A DNA stretch of 60,623 nucleotides from Pseudomonadota bacterium. GTDB lineage: Bacteria > Pseudomonadota > Alphaproteobacteria > UBA9219 > RGZA01. A model generated the notes under the pieces. It was not told the DNA's origin. It ran no database searches and worked only from the letters and a program-made list of their open reading frames with translations. The DNA lies in contig JBEHYA010000001.1 of assembly GCA_048498415.1 (NCBI GenBank), forward strand, positions 1-60,623, written 5' to 3'. The first letter of the stretch is position 1. The number at the start of each line of letters is the position of its first letter. The translations under genes and the position numbers were made by a program. Below are positions 40,996 to 49,695 of the stretch, one piece after another.

Positions 40996-41765
40996 AAATC
41001 CTCCACCTCTCCGATGCGCATTTCGGCCGGCAAGATGAAGGCCCATTAGAAGCCTTGATGCAGTCGTTTGAAAATTTAAAACCGGATTTGGCTGTGATCA
41101 GCGGCGATCTCACGCAAGTCGCTAGCCATAATGAATTCGCGCAAGCGCGGGATTTTTTAAAACGCCTGCCCTGCCCATGGCTGGCGGTGCCCGGCAACCA
41201 CGATATGCCCGGCGCCAATGTGCTGGAGCGTCTGTTCATGCCCTATGCCCGCTACAAGCAATATATTACGCCCGATTTAATGCCGGTGCAGGAATTCCCC
41301 GATGCGATTGTGGCCGGCCTCAACTCCGCGCGGCCTGTCATGCCGCACTGGAACTGGGCCAATGGCGTGCTCTCGCGCAAACAATTCCGCCATCTGGCAA
41401 AAGTGATGGCGCCGGCCGCCGGCCGCTGGCGCGTCGCCGTCTTTCACCACCCCATTCATAAAATGGAAGACTCGCCCCTGTCGGTCAAAGTCTTCGGCGG
41501 GCGGCGGGCCCTTGGCGCGATCACCGATTTAAAAATCGATCTCGTGCTCACCGGCCACGTGCATCACGCCTCCGCGGTTACGGTTGGCGAAGGGCCCCGC
41601 ACGACTTTTTTAAGCGCATCCACCAGCCTGTCATCGCGCCTGCGCGGCCAGGAAAATGGTTTTAATTTTGTCACGCTGGCGCCGCAGAATATGGCAATCC
41701 AGATATTTAAATATCGCGGCGGCGCGTTTGCGCCCGATTTCAGCGTCGAACGGCCCAGAAACTAA
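40992..41765 (+). CDS. metallophosphoesterase (calcineurin-like)
   Basis: ILHLSDAHFG, SGDLT, GNHD and GHVHH motifs. ATGA overlap with the lipid kinase gene. Confidence 0.85.
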   Translation: MKILHLSDAHFGRQDEGPLEALMQSFENLKPDLAVISGDLTQVASHNEFAQARDFLKRLPCPWLAVPGNHDMPGANVLERLFMPYARYKQYITPDLMPVQEFPDAIVAGLNSARPVMPHWNWANGVLSRKQFRHLAKVMAPAAGRWRVAVFHHPIHKMEDSPLSVKVFGGRRALGAITDLKIDLVLTGHVHHASAVTVGEGPRTTFLSASTSLSSRLRGQENGFNFVTLAPQNMAIQIFKYRGGAFAPDFSVERPRN

Positions 41766-41869
41766 AAGGCTTCTAACGCAATCTTTATAGAGGCGCGGCC
41801 AAACCGCATCGCATCCTTTTCCGTGATGCGCGAATGTGGTTTCACCCCAAACCATTCAAGGAGAATGCA

Positions 41870-42046
41870 ATGAGCATCAAGGGCAAGATCAACGAGACCG
41901 CCGGTTTCATCGAAGAAGAACTGGGCGAAAAGCTGGGTAACGACAAGATGGCCTGGGAAGGCCGCGCCCAGCGCAACAAGGGCCGCGTCGAAGACGGCAA
42001 AATGCCGAAGCTGACCACGCCCGGCACCGGCCACCCCGAAAAGTAA
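41870..42046 (+). CDS. CsbD family stress-response protein
   Basis: MSIKGKINETAGFIEEELGEKLGNDKMAWEGRAQRNKG... matches the CsbD pattern. AAGGAG lies 7 nt upstream. Confidence 0.8.
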   Translation: MSIKGKINETAGFIEEELGEKLGNDKMAWEGRAQRNKGRVEDGKMPKLTTPGTGHPEK

Positions 42047-42083
42047 GAAGTTTTGGGCAACTCCGTTGCCTTAAAAGTGAAAA

Positions 42084-42112
42084 AGCCCGGCACCCCTCGC
42101 CGGGCTTTTTTA
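42084..42112 (+). terminator. Rho-independent terminator
   Basis: agcccggc-acccctc-gccgggct followed by a T-run. Confidence 0.8.
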
Positions 42113-42161
42113 TTGCGTGGGTTTAGCTATGATAGGCCGTCTTCACCCAAAGGATTTCATC

Positions 42162-42635
42162 ATGCGTTTCACCCGTCTTGTTCTGCCCGTTGTTTTCGCG
42201 CTTGGCTTGCCTGTTGCGGCGCTCGCGCATCATTACGAACTTAAAGGCCTCAAGGTCGGCCATATCTGGGGGCTTGCTGCCGGGCAAACCGTGAATAACC
42301 TGCAGGTCTATGTTCCCATCGAGAACACCAATACGGTGGATGATACGCTGACAAGCGCAAGCGTGGATGGCGCCAACGCCGAATTCAAACTTGATGACAT
42401 GCACATCGATAACGTCAAACTGCCCGCCGGCAAAACCTCCGAACTCATGGCCGGCGGCGTTTATATCGCCGTGTCCGGCCTGAAGAAGGCCGTGAAAGAC
42501 GGCGATACATTTCCGCTTACCCTGCATTTTGAAAAAGCGGGCGAACTGAAAACATCGGTGCATGTGCAGGCGCATGAAGAAGGCGCCGATGCCCACGATT
42601 CCATGGAAGGTATGGATCACGGCACGCTAAAATAA
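42162..42635 (+). CDS. periplasmic PCu(A)C/DUF461-like copper chaperone candidate
   Basis: Signal peptide, DUF461-like pattern (..VGHIWG...YVPIENT..DD.L.SASV..A...E......V.LPAG....L..GG.YI.V.GLKK..KDGDTFPLTLHFEKAG) and a His/Met-rich tail (HVQAHEEGADAHDSMEGMDHG). The canonical H(M)X10MX21HXM spacing is not preserved. Confidence 0.5.
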   Translation: MRFTRLVLPVVFALGLPVAALAHHYELKGLKVGHIWGLAAGQTVNNLQVYVPIENTNTVDDTLTSASVDGANAEFKLDDMHIDNVKLPAGKTSELMAGGVYIAVSGLKKAVKDGDTFPLTLHFEKAGELKTSVHVQAHEEGADAHDSMEGMDHGTLK

Positions 42636-43733
42636 GCGGCCCTGGCGGCTGTCGTCGACGCGGCGGAAATGCGCGACCGATAATTCCGGCCCGCCGCCCT
42701 CCAGATGATAGCGTTTTTTATACAGGCGAAACATGCGCGCAATCTGCTGCGCATAGAGGCCTTCACCGCGCATGCGCGTGCCGAAGGTGGAATCATTTAA
42801 TTTGCCGCCGCGCATGGCGCGGATGCGGTTCAGAATTTTATCGGCGCGGTCCGGGTAAAGCCGCCTGACCCAGTCGGCAAACAGATCTTTTACGCCATAG
42901 GGCAGACGCACGATGGTGTAATACGCGCTCTTCGCCCCGGCATCGGCCACGGCCTTCAAAATTTTCGGCGTTTCGTGGTCGGTCAGCCCCGGCACAATGG
43001 GCGCCACCATCACATTCACGGGGATGCCGGCTTTGCTCAGTTCCTCGACGGCGCGAAGGCGCATGGCGGGCGTGGATGCGCGCGGCTCCATATTCCGCGC
43101 GACATCTGCATCCAGCGAGGTAATGGAGATATTGATGCCAATGCCGTTCCAGCTGGCCATATCCTTGAAAATATCGATATCCCGGGTGACCAGATGGTTT
43201 TTGGTGATGATCGCGCCGGGGTTGCGGAATTCCGCCAGCACTTCCAGGCAGCGGCGCGTGAGTTTCAGGCGCCGTTCAACGGGCTGGTAGCAATCCGTCA
43301 CCGCGCTCATCACCAGCACGACCGGTCGCCATGATGGGCTTGATAGTTTTTCACGCAACAGGCGGGCAGCTTCAGGTTTGGCGAAAATCTTGGATTCAAA
43401 ATCAAGCCCGGCGGAAAGCCCGAACCATTCATGCGTGGGCCGCGCAAAGCAATAGATGCAGCCATGCTCGCAGCCCCGGTACACATTCAGCGTGGCCTCC
43501 ATGCCCACATCGGGGCTGTCGTTGGTGGAGACGATTGTTCTGGCGGTATCGATATACACCGTCGTGGCGATGCTTTTTTCGGCATCGTCCAGTTCCGATA
43601 ATTCCCCGCAGCCTTCCAGCTTCTCGTAACGGCCCGCCGGATTCAGGCCGGCGCCACGGCCCCGGATGTGCTGCCGTGCGGTGAGGGGATCGTGGAGGGC
43701 GGGGTCGTTATGGGGGTTTTTTCTCTGCTCCAT
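42627..43733 (-). CDS. radical SAM protein, PA0069/SplB-like family
   Basis: CxxxCxxC cluster in YRGCEHGCIYCFARP and N-terminal ..IRGRGAGLNPAGRYE.. typical of the PA0069 family. 368 aa. Confidence 0.85.
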   Translation of the reverse strand: MEQRKNPHNDPALHDPLTARQHIRGRGAGLNPAGRYEKLEGCGELSELDDAEKSIATTVYIDTARTIVSTNDSPDVGMEATLNVYRGCEHGCIYCFARPTHEWFGLSAGLDFESKIFAKPEAARLLREKLSSPSWRPVVLVMSAVTDCYQPVERRLKLTRRCLEVLAEFRNPGAIITKNHLVTRDIDIFKDMASWNGIGINISITSLDADVARNMEPRASTPAMRLRAVEELSKAGIPVNVMVAPIVPGLTDHETPKILKAVADAGAKSAYYTIVRLPYGVKDLFADWVRRLYPDRADKILNRIRAMRGGKLNDSTFGTRMRGEGLYAQQIARMFRLYKKRYHLEGGGPELSVAHFRRVDDSRQGRLF

Positions 43734-43801
43734 CCCTTCTTGTAGCAGAGATTCGCAGCGTGTTCTATATTTGTTCTTTTATTCAGGCGAAGACACATAT
43801 A

Positions 43802-43984
43802 TTATCCCTCCATGCCAAAGGTGGGGGCGAAGCGATGCTCTTCCTCATGGCCGTAGCCATACCCGCTTTTTTCTTCGCGCGACTTTTCATAGGGCCGGCT
43901 GGTGTGATGCTGGCTTTGCTGGGCGGCCGCGTTGGTCGCCACGCGGTCATGTTTGCTGGAATGTTTAGCGCTGGGTATGGTCAT
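43802..43984 (-). CDS. small hydrophilic His/Ser/Glu-rich protein (hydrophilin-like), function unknown
   Basis: 60 aa with GGAG 7 nt upstream of the ATG. Third-codon positions are GC-biased like neighbouring genes, unlike the opposite-strand ORF 43760-44029. Confidence 0.4.
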   Translation of the reverse strand: MTIPSAKHSSKHDRVATNAAAQQSQHHTSRPYEKSREEKSGYGYGHEEEHRFAPTFGMEG

Positions 43985-44204
43985 GACTCGCTCCTTTTTG
44001 CAAATAGAATGCCGCGGCCCGCACTATAACAAAGCCTGCATAAATTGAGCGTGGCGGAAAACGTCTCCCCCATAAGGTTCCTGCAAAGCAGGTGATTCTC
44101 CCGTTACGCCTATTGAAAAAGCCGGCCATCCGAATAGGTTAGCTGCATCACTCCGCCGATTTTCCCCTGCGCTCGTTCAAAGCGCTCCTTCCAAAGGTGC
44201 ACAC

Positions 44205-44846
44205 ATGCTGAAATACCCCTATACCCTGCCGCCGCTGCCTTATGCGCCGGAAGCGCTTGCCCCCGTCATTGATGCCGAAACCATGGGCCTGCACCATGGC
44301 AAGCACCACCAGACCTACATCAACAATCTCAATGATGCGCTGAAAGAACACAGCCAGCTGCAGCAGCTCTCGCTGCACGAACTGCTCGCCAAAGTAGGCG
44401 AAGTGCCGGAAGCCATTCGCAATACCGTGCGCAATAACGGCGGCGGCCACATCAACCATTCCATGTTCTGGGATATCATGGGCAAGCCCAATAAAGCCGC
44501 CGCGCCCACCGGTGAAGTCGGGAAAGCGGTCGAAGCCGCGTTTGGGTCGTTCGATGAATTTAAAAAGCAGTTCAACACTGCCGGCACCAAGCAGTTCGGC
44601 TCCGGCTGGGTGTTCGTGACCGTGGATGATGCCGGCAAACTGGCGATTGCCCCGCAGCCCAACCAGGACACGCCCGTCATGCAGCAAAAGAAGGTGCTGT
44701 TCGGCAACGATGTGTGGGAACACGCCTATTATTTAACCTACCGCAACCGCCGCGCGGATTATCTCACCGCCTGGTGGGATGTCGTGGACTGGGCCAAGAT
44801 CGAAGCCCGCTACGCCCAGCTTAAGAAGGGCGAAAAAATCGTCTAA
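44205..44846 (+). CDS. sodB: Fe/Mn superoxide dismutase
   Basis: YTLPPLPYAPEALAPVIDAETMGLHHGKHH and DVWEHAYYL motifs. 213 aa. Confidence 0.95.
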   Translation: MLKYPYTLPPLPYAPEALAPVIDAETMGLHHGKHHQTYINNLNDALKEHSQLQQLSLHELLAKVGEVPEAIRNTVRNNGGGHINHSMFWDIMGKPNKAAAPTGEVGKAVEAAFGSFDEFKKQFNTAGTKQFGSGWVFVTVDDAGKLAIAPQPNQDTPVMQQKKVLFGNDVWEHAYYLTYRNRRADYLTAWWDVVDWAKIEARYAQLKKGEKIV

Positions 44847-44869
44847 GATTTTTGCACCGCTACAAAAAA

Positions 44870-44893
44870 CCCCGCTGCGAGGCGGGGTTTTTT
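44870..44893. terminator. bidirectional Rho-independent terminator (sodB / large acidic protein gene)
   Basis: ccccgc-tgcgag-gcgggg with A6 upstream and T6 downstream. Confidence 0.8.
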
Positions 44894-44894
44894 A

Positions 44895-47663
44895 TTATTC
44901 GGGTTCCGGTTTTGGCATCTCATCCGGGTGCGGTTTTTCCACTGGCTCCAATTCGCTTTCGGGAATAGCCGGGCGCAGGGTGTTCTGCGCTTTATCCTCT
45001 TTGCCTTGCGTGATCGCCATGCCAAGCGCGGCATCGTCGCCGGCCTCCCGATGCTCTTCGCGGTCGCGCAGTAAAATGGCTGGTTCGCGGTCGAGCCGGT
45101 CAGCCGGATCGGGCGGCGCACTGCCGACCATGTCGCCCATATAATAATTGGTAGCATCGCGCTGGTCGTCGGCAATCTGTGTGAACTGGGCATCTTCTTC
45201 TGCCAGCGAAGCAGGGGATCGTTCGTCATCGCGGCTGCTGAACAGGCCGCTCTCGCTCTCGGGCGGTTCCGGCGGCTCGGCGGCATGCTTCAGCACTTCG
45301 CCGTCTACATGCGCTTCTTCATTCGCTTCGCGGTCGATCCGCGCGGTTTGTTCGGTGCGTTCCTGTTCCTTGGCCTGTTCTTCGGTCATCACCGCGCGCT
45401 CGGGCCGGAATTCGCCTGCTTCATTATACTGATATGACGCCGTTTGGTCCGGCGCGCTGGTATCGCCGCCCGCCGCTTCAATCACCCGATCCGGCGTCGC
45501 CTGCGCGCCCGCGGCCCCGGTGCCGGGCTCCGGGGCGGCCTGCGGCCCCGCGGCGGTATCCTCCGGCGCGGCGTTGAGTTCGGCGGGCGCCTGTTCCAGT
45601 TCCGCATATTCGCGGTAAGGGCCTTCAGGGGCAGACGCTTCGGTGGGCGCTTCGCCGGTGCGTGCCACGCGCAGGGCTTCGCGTTCGTCTTCCGCCTGCG
45701 GCACGGCTTCGGGCTGCTGAGCTTCCGCGGCATTGTTGGTTTCATCCGCCTGGCGGGCACTCACGCGCTCTTGCGGGGAAGCGGGCTCGGTTTGCGGTGT
45801 TTCTTCCGGTAACCGCGCTTCGCTGGCGTTATAGGTTTCGTCTTCCAGGCGCGCCGGCTCGCGGGGTTCAGGATTATTGGGCTCGTTATACGCTTCGCGC
45901 GCGCTCACCGGTTCAGCCGGTTCATATGTGTCCGCCGCACTGGATTCAGCCGTTTCATTGCGCGGCGTTTCAACGCGCTCAGCGCCGGAAGGTTCCGCCC
46001 CGCGGGTTTCCAGCTGGTCATATTCCACCGGGCGGTATTCCGGCTGCTCGCTGGCGTTTTCCAGCGCTTCAATCTGGTTATCGCGCGCGCTGGCCAAGGC
46101 TTCGGTCTGGTTATACACGGCTTCGTTCTGCGCTTCGCGGGTGGCTTCTGCCGTAGCGCCCGCGGCCAGCACCGCGGCTTCCCGCGCTTCGTCCTCGGCT
46201 TCCTGCTGCTGTTCCTGATATGCCTCGGCATGCGCGATCGCATCTTCGCTGGGGTGCGTCGGGCCTTCGGCATAACCGCCGCGGTTCAGGCCCCAGATGT
46301 ACCGCTCGCTGCCAATTTCCGCGACGCCCGGCGTGTTATCCGGAATATCGCGGCCGGGTTCATGATCGTTGGGCGAGAACCGGTCATCGCCTTCGGTGAT
46401 GCCGCGCTGCGCCTGATCGGTGAAATCGCGCACGACTTCATCCAGATTGCCCAGAATGGAATAGGCGGCCGTCTCGTTAAAATCCGGCATCTGCCAGGCA
46501 TTTTCCATCAAGCCGACTATGCGGCGGATATATTGCAGCGACCAGCGCACGCCAATATCGTATGTATAAGAAAGCAGGGTATCGATTTTATTCGTGAGCC
46601 GGGTTACGTCGTCGTGGAATTCTTCGCGATCCTGGTCCTGCTGGCGTTCGCGGGTTTCATTCACCGCATTCCCCGCCAGTTCGCTATACGCGCCGGGGGC
46701 ATGCTGCAGGCCCGGGGTGGCGTGGGCTTCGGCTTCCTGGGTGCGTTCCGTGGCGCTGCGCAGCGCTTCGCGGTTATGGATCTGCGATTCAAGCGCGCCG
46801 GTCGCAGCGCCGTGGCGGCGCGCTTCATTGAGCCGTTCTTCCGCCAGGGTCGCCAGCCGGTGGCGTTCCGCATGGTTATGGACAGTGGTGGCGGCCAGAC
46901 CGGCGGCGGCCAGCGCGGCAAGGCCCAGGGCGCGGTCGCGTTCTTCGCGTTCGATTTCTTCTTGCTCCAGCTGCCGCTGGTGTTCCGCCACATGTATGCC
47001 GTGCTCGAAATGGCGATCCTGTTTTTGTTGCTCTTCATAAATCGAGGGGCCGCTGGCGGGCGGTTTGGCATCGCGCCATAGCGCGCGCGTCACGGCGATA
47101 TCGCCATCCACCAGATTGCCCTTCGAATTGCTGTCGCGCGGCTTGATTTCCATTTCGTTCGTGCCATAGAGCACGACCATCACATCGTTGCTCGCCTGCT
47201 GGCGGCGCAGCAGCGCTTCCTTGTGCACGCGCAGATCCTGCTCGTTCACAAATTCGTTGCTGGTATTTTCTTTATCCAGCGCATCCCGCGCATGCGCGGC
47301 GGGACGGACGATGATCTTGCCGCGATGGGGCACGCCATGCTGGGTGATATCGTCCAGTACCACGCGGCCGGCGTCGGGCCCGCGCAGCAGCGTGAGCGAA
47401 ACGCGGTTCCAGCCAAATTCGCCGGCGCGGCTGGTCACCAGATCGCTTAACGGTTTAACCAGATCGGGCACATCCTGCGGAAACACGCGCGGCCCCTCAA
47501 GCGCCAGCGCGTTGATCACCTTGCCGGTGCTGCCGGCGGTATGGAAAATCGGCACAAACCGGCCGGGCGCGCGGGCGCCTTCCACCAGTTGCGGCGTGAT
47601 GGCGGCCTGCGGCGGTAAATCGCTGATGCGCGCGACCGATTGAAACGTCATTGCTTTATCCAT
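44895..47663 (-). CDS. large orphan protein (922 aa) with an extremely acidic Pro/Glu/Ala-rich low-complexity C-terminal half
   Basis: Uninterrupted ORF with gene-like GC3 bias and its own terminator. No signal peptide, one Ala-rich hydrophobic stretch (ALGLAALAAAGLAATTV) and no family recognised. Confidence 0.7.
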   Translation of the reverse strand: MDKAMTFQSVARISDLPPQAAITPQLVEGARAPGRFVPIFHTAGSTGKVINALALEGPRVFPQDVPDLVKPLSDLVTSRAGEFGWNRVSLTLLRGPDAGRVVLDDITQHGVPHRGKIIVRPAAHARDALDKENTSNEFVNEQDLRVHKEALLRRQQASNDVMVVLYGTNEMEIKPRDSNSKGNLVDGDIAVTRALWRDAKPPASGPSIYEEQQKQDRHFEHGIHVAEHQRQLEQEEIEREERDRALGLAALAAAGLAATTVHNHAERHRLATLAEERLNEARRHGAATGALESQIHNREALRSATERTQEAEAHATPGLQHAPGAYSELAGNAVNETRERQQDQDREEFHDDVTRLTNKIDTLLSYTYDIGVRWSLQYIRRIVGLMENAWQMPDFNETAAYSILGNLDEVVRDFTDQAQRGITEGDDRFSPNDHEPGRDIPDNTPGVAEIGSERYIWGLNRGGYAEGPTHPSEDAIAHAEAYQEQQQEAEDEAREAAVLAAGATAEATREAQNEAVYNQTEALASARDNQIEALENASEQPEYRPVEYDQLETRGAEPSGAERVETPRNETAESSAADTYEPAEPVSAREAYNEPNNPEPREPARLEDETYNASEARLPEETPQTEPASPQERVSARQADETNNAAEAQQPEAVPQAEDEREALRVARTGEAPTEASAPEGPYREYAELEQAPAELNAAPEDTAAGPQAAPEPGTGAAGAQATPDRVIEAAGGDTSAPDQTASYQYNEAGEFRPERAVMTEEQAKEQERTEQTARIDREANEEAHVDGEVLKHAAEPPEPPESESGLFSSRDDERSPASLAEEDAQFTQIADDQRDATNYYMGDMVGSAPPDPADRLDREPAILLRDREEHREAGDDAALGMAITQGKEDKAQNTLRPAIPESELEPVEKPHPDEMPKPEPE

Positions 47664-47882
47664 ATGGGCAAAACACTACCATGAAAGGGCGAAGCTAAAA
47701 AACCCATGCGAGACATATAGGTTTTATACGCCGTATGGGCAGGGCGGGCCTTTACTTGCTTGTGGCTTTCTTACAAACGCCGCGCATTGCCACATTGTTC
47801 ACTTGCCGCACTTAGCCAAGCATGGCGCAGGCAGGCCTTCGGGCCTGACTCGCATTACCGTTTCTATCCAACAGGAGCTACC

Positions 47883-48587
47883 ATGAAAAAGTCACTTCTT
47901 TCGACCGGTGCCGCCTTGCTGATGCTGTGCGCACTGCAAGCGGCCCCCGCCCACGCAAATTACTACGGCCACGAAGGCACGGATGCCTCGACCTCCGGCT
48001 CGAACCAGACGCAGATGCAGGACCGCGACGATAATTTTGACTCGTCGGGCCGTCCGCTTGCGGGCCGCGCCGCCTATGGCAGCGATGCCGAAGAACGCGC
48101 CGCCACCTGGCATGCGAACTACCCCATCCGCTGGAGCCGGATGACCGCCGCTGAACGCGCCGAATGGCGTGCCAGCCATCCCAACTGGCAGGCGAACCGT
48201 CCCCATTGGGATGCGCGCCATGCCCGCTGGGAACGCGCATATGGGGATGATAATGTGCGCTACAACACCGTCGCCATCCGGGCGGAAGACCGTGCGGAAA
48301 TCCGCGGCGCGATTGCCAGCCAGTACCGTATGAACTGCCCGCTGGGCAATTCGCACGGCCACAGCTCAACCGGCTGCATGCAGCCGTTCCTGACGCGCAC
48401 GGACTTTATCGGTGAGCCGGTCTCCATGACCGCCATGCCGATTTCGGCGGAACTGGCTTCGCGCATCAGTGCGCCGCCGGTTGGCTATCACTATGTGCAA
48501 TCGGGCACGGATGTGATGCTGGTCAACGATAACGGCCAGATCGCCGATGCCGTCACGCTCTATTCCGCGATGCACGCTGATTACTAA
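47883..48587 (+). CDS. secreted Trp/Arg-rich protein with a C-terminal RcnB/YohN-like motif
   Basis: Signal peptide MKKSLLSTGAALLMLCALQAAPAHA with GGAG upstream. C-terminal ...APPVGYHYVQSGTDVMLVNDNGQIADAV resembles the RcnB-family PPGYxWVxxGxDxxLV motif. Confidence 0.5.
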   Translation: MKKSLLSTGAALLMLCALQAAPAHANYYGHEGTDASTSGSNQTQMQDRDDNFDSSGRPLAGRAAYGSDAEERAATWHANYPIRWSRMTAAERAEWRASHPNWQANRPHWDARHARWERAYGDDNVRYNTVAIRAEDRAEIRGAIASQYRMNCPLGNSHGHSSTGCMQPFLTRTDFIGEPVSMTAMPISAELASRISAPPVGYHYVQSGTDVMLVNDNGQIADAVTLYSAMHADY

Positions 48588-48616
48588 GCACCGCGTTTTA
48601 AAAACCCGCTGAAATG

Positions 48617-48651
48617 CCGGCCATATCTTCATCGATATGGCCGGTTTTTTT
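48617..48651 (+). terminator. Rho-independent terminator
   Basis: ccggccatat-cttcatcg-atatggccgg followed by T7. Confidence 0.85.
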
Positions 48652-48740
48652 ATGGTGTGTTTGCGTGAGAGCATATTCCCGCCATCGTGCTCTTACCCCG
48701 CGTAGCGTATTCTTCTTTTTTCAGTGAAGGGAGAATCACG

Positions 48741-48971
48741 ATGAACAAGGATCAAGTCGCCGGCAGCTGGGACCAGTTGAAAGGCAAGCTTAAAGAAGCA
48801 TGGGGCAATCTCACCGATGACGATATCGCCCTTTATAACGGCAAGGCCGAACAATTTTACGGCAAGCTGCGCGAGAAGTACGGCGTGGCGCAGGAAGAAG
48901 CCGAAAAGCGCATCCGCGAATATGAAGATGCCACCGGCTACGAGCCGGAATCAAAAAACCGCGCCGCTTAA
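48741..48971 (+). CDS. CsbD family stress-response protein (second copy)
   Basis: MNKDQVAGSWDQLKGKLKEAWGNLTDDDIALYNGKAEQFYGKLREKYG is the canonical CsbD sequence pattern. GGGAG lies upstream. Confidence 0.85.
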   Translation: MNKDQVAGSWDQLKGKLKEAWGNLTDDDIALYNGKAEQFYGKLREKYGVAQEEAEKRIREYEDATGYEPESKNRAA

Positions 48972-48990
48972 TTAAACAGGAGAACCATTA

Positions 48991-49155
48991 TGGGAACGCA
49001 AACTAATAATCCGGCAAACCAGCCACCGAAGCAGGCGGATGAAGACCGCCGTCCGGATAACGAAATGGAACCGTTACACGACCCCATCAAACAAAATCCG
49101 CCCGAAGCGGACGCAATGGATCGTGATAACGACGATTACGGCAAATCGGTTTAAC
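48991..49155 (+). CDS. unlisted 54-aa acidic Pro/Asp/Asn-rich protein co-transcribed with csbD
   Basis: AGGAG 7 nt upstream of ATG 48991, which lies 19 nt after the csbD stop. A terminator follows directly. Below the 60-aa cut-off of the ORF track. Confidence 0.5.
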
Positions 49156-49173
49156 GCCATGCCGTTTAAAAAG

Positions 49174-49199
49174 CCGGGTGAAAGCCCGGCTTTTTTTTG
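49174..49199 (+). terminator. Rho-independent terminator
   Basis: gccggg-tgaaag-cccggc followed by T8. Confidence 0.85.
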
Positions 49200-49337
49200 T
49201 ATTCGCGCAAAACGCCCTTACAGGTTTTTTAGAAGTTTTTTATGCAAGTCGCATTGTCCCTTAAGCGCCTCAAACGCCACACTCCGCACTACCGCATACC
49301 TCCGTTTGTCAGTTGATTTATTGAAAGGAATCACGCC

Positions 49338-49667
49338 ATGACCACGACCAGCAATTTCTCGACCACCGGTTCGAGCAACTACAATAAGCCCACCGCCAAC
49401 GACGTCGCGGATGAAGCCGATGATGTCATCAGCGAAGTGAAGAAGGGCGCCCGCAAGGCCGGCAACCGCGCTTCTGAATTCGCTCATGAAGCGTATGACG
49501 ATCTGAACGGCATGGCCAAGAAAGCCGGCCGCCGTGTGCGCAGCGCGTTGGATGGCGCTTCGGAAGAAGTGGATATGCTGACCCACAAGATTGAAGAAAA
49601 CCCCATTCAGGCGGCCCTTATCGCCCTTGGTGTTGGCTTCATTCTGGGCAAGATCACCCGCCTTTAA
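49338..49667 (+). CDS. DUF883 (ElaB/YqjD/YgaM) family membrane-anchored stress protein
   Basis: Hydrophilic helical body and a C-terminal ENPIQAALIALGVGFILGKI anchor typical of the family. Confidence 0.8.
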   Translation: MTTTSNFSTTGSSNYNKPTANDVADEADDVISEVKKGARKAGNRASEFAHEAYDDLNGMAKKAGRRVRSALDGASEEVDMLTHKIEENPIQAALIALGVGFILGKITRL

Positions 49668-49695
49668 TAGGCGGGGGTCACTCCCCAACCAAGCC

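Noticed and set aside
43760-44029. 89-aa plus-strand hydrophobic ORF overlapping the 60-aa hydrophilin ORF
   Set aside because: Its third-codon positions are T-rich, unlike neighbouring genes, and it has no SD. The minus-strand ORF has GGAG and GC3 bias. Neither call is certain.
46230-47081. 283-aa plus-strand ORF inside the large acidic-protein gene
   Set aside because: The minus-strand 922-aa ORF is uninterrupted, has better codon bias and has a terminator. The plus-strand product is Arg/Gly/Ala/Phe-rich, like other shadow ORFs. This is the least certain of the rejections because the host gene itself is an orphan.
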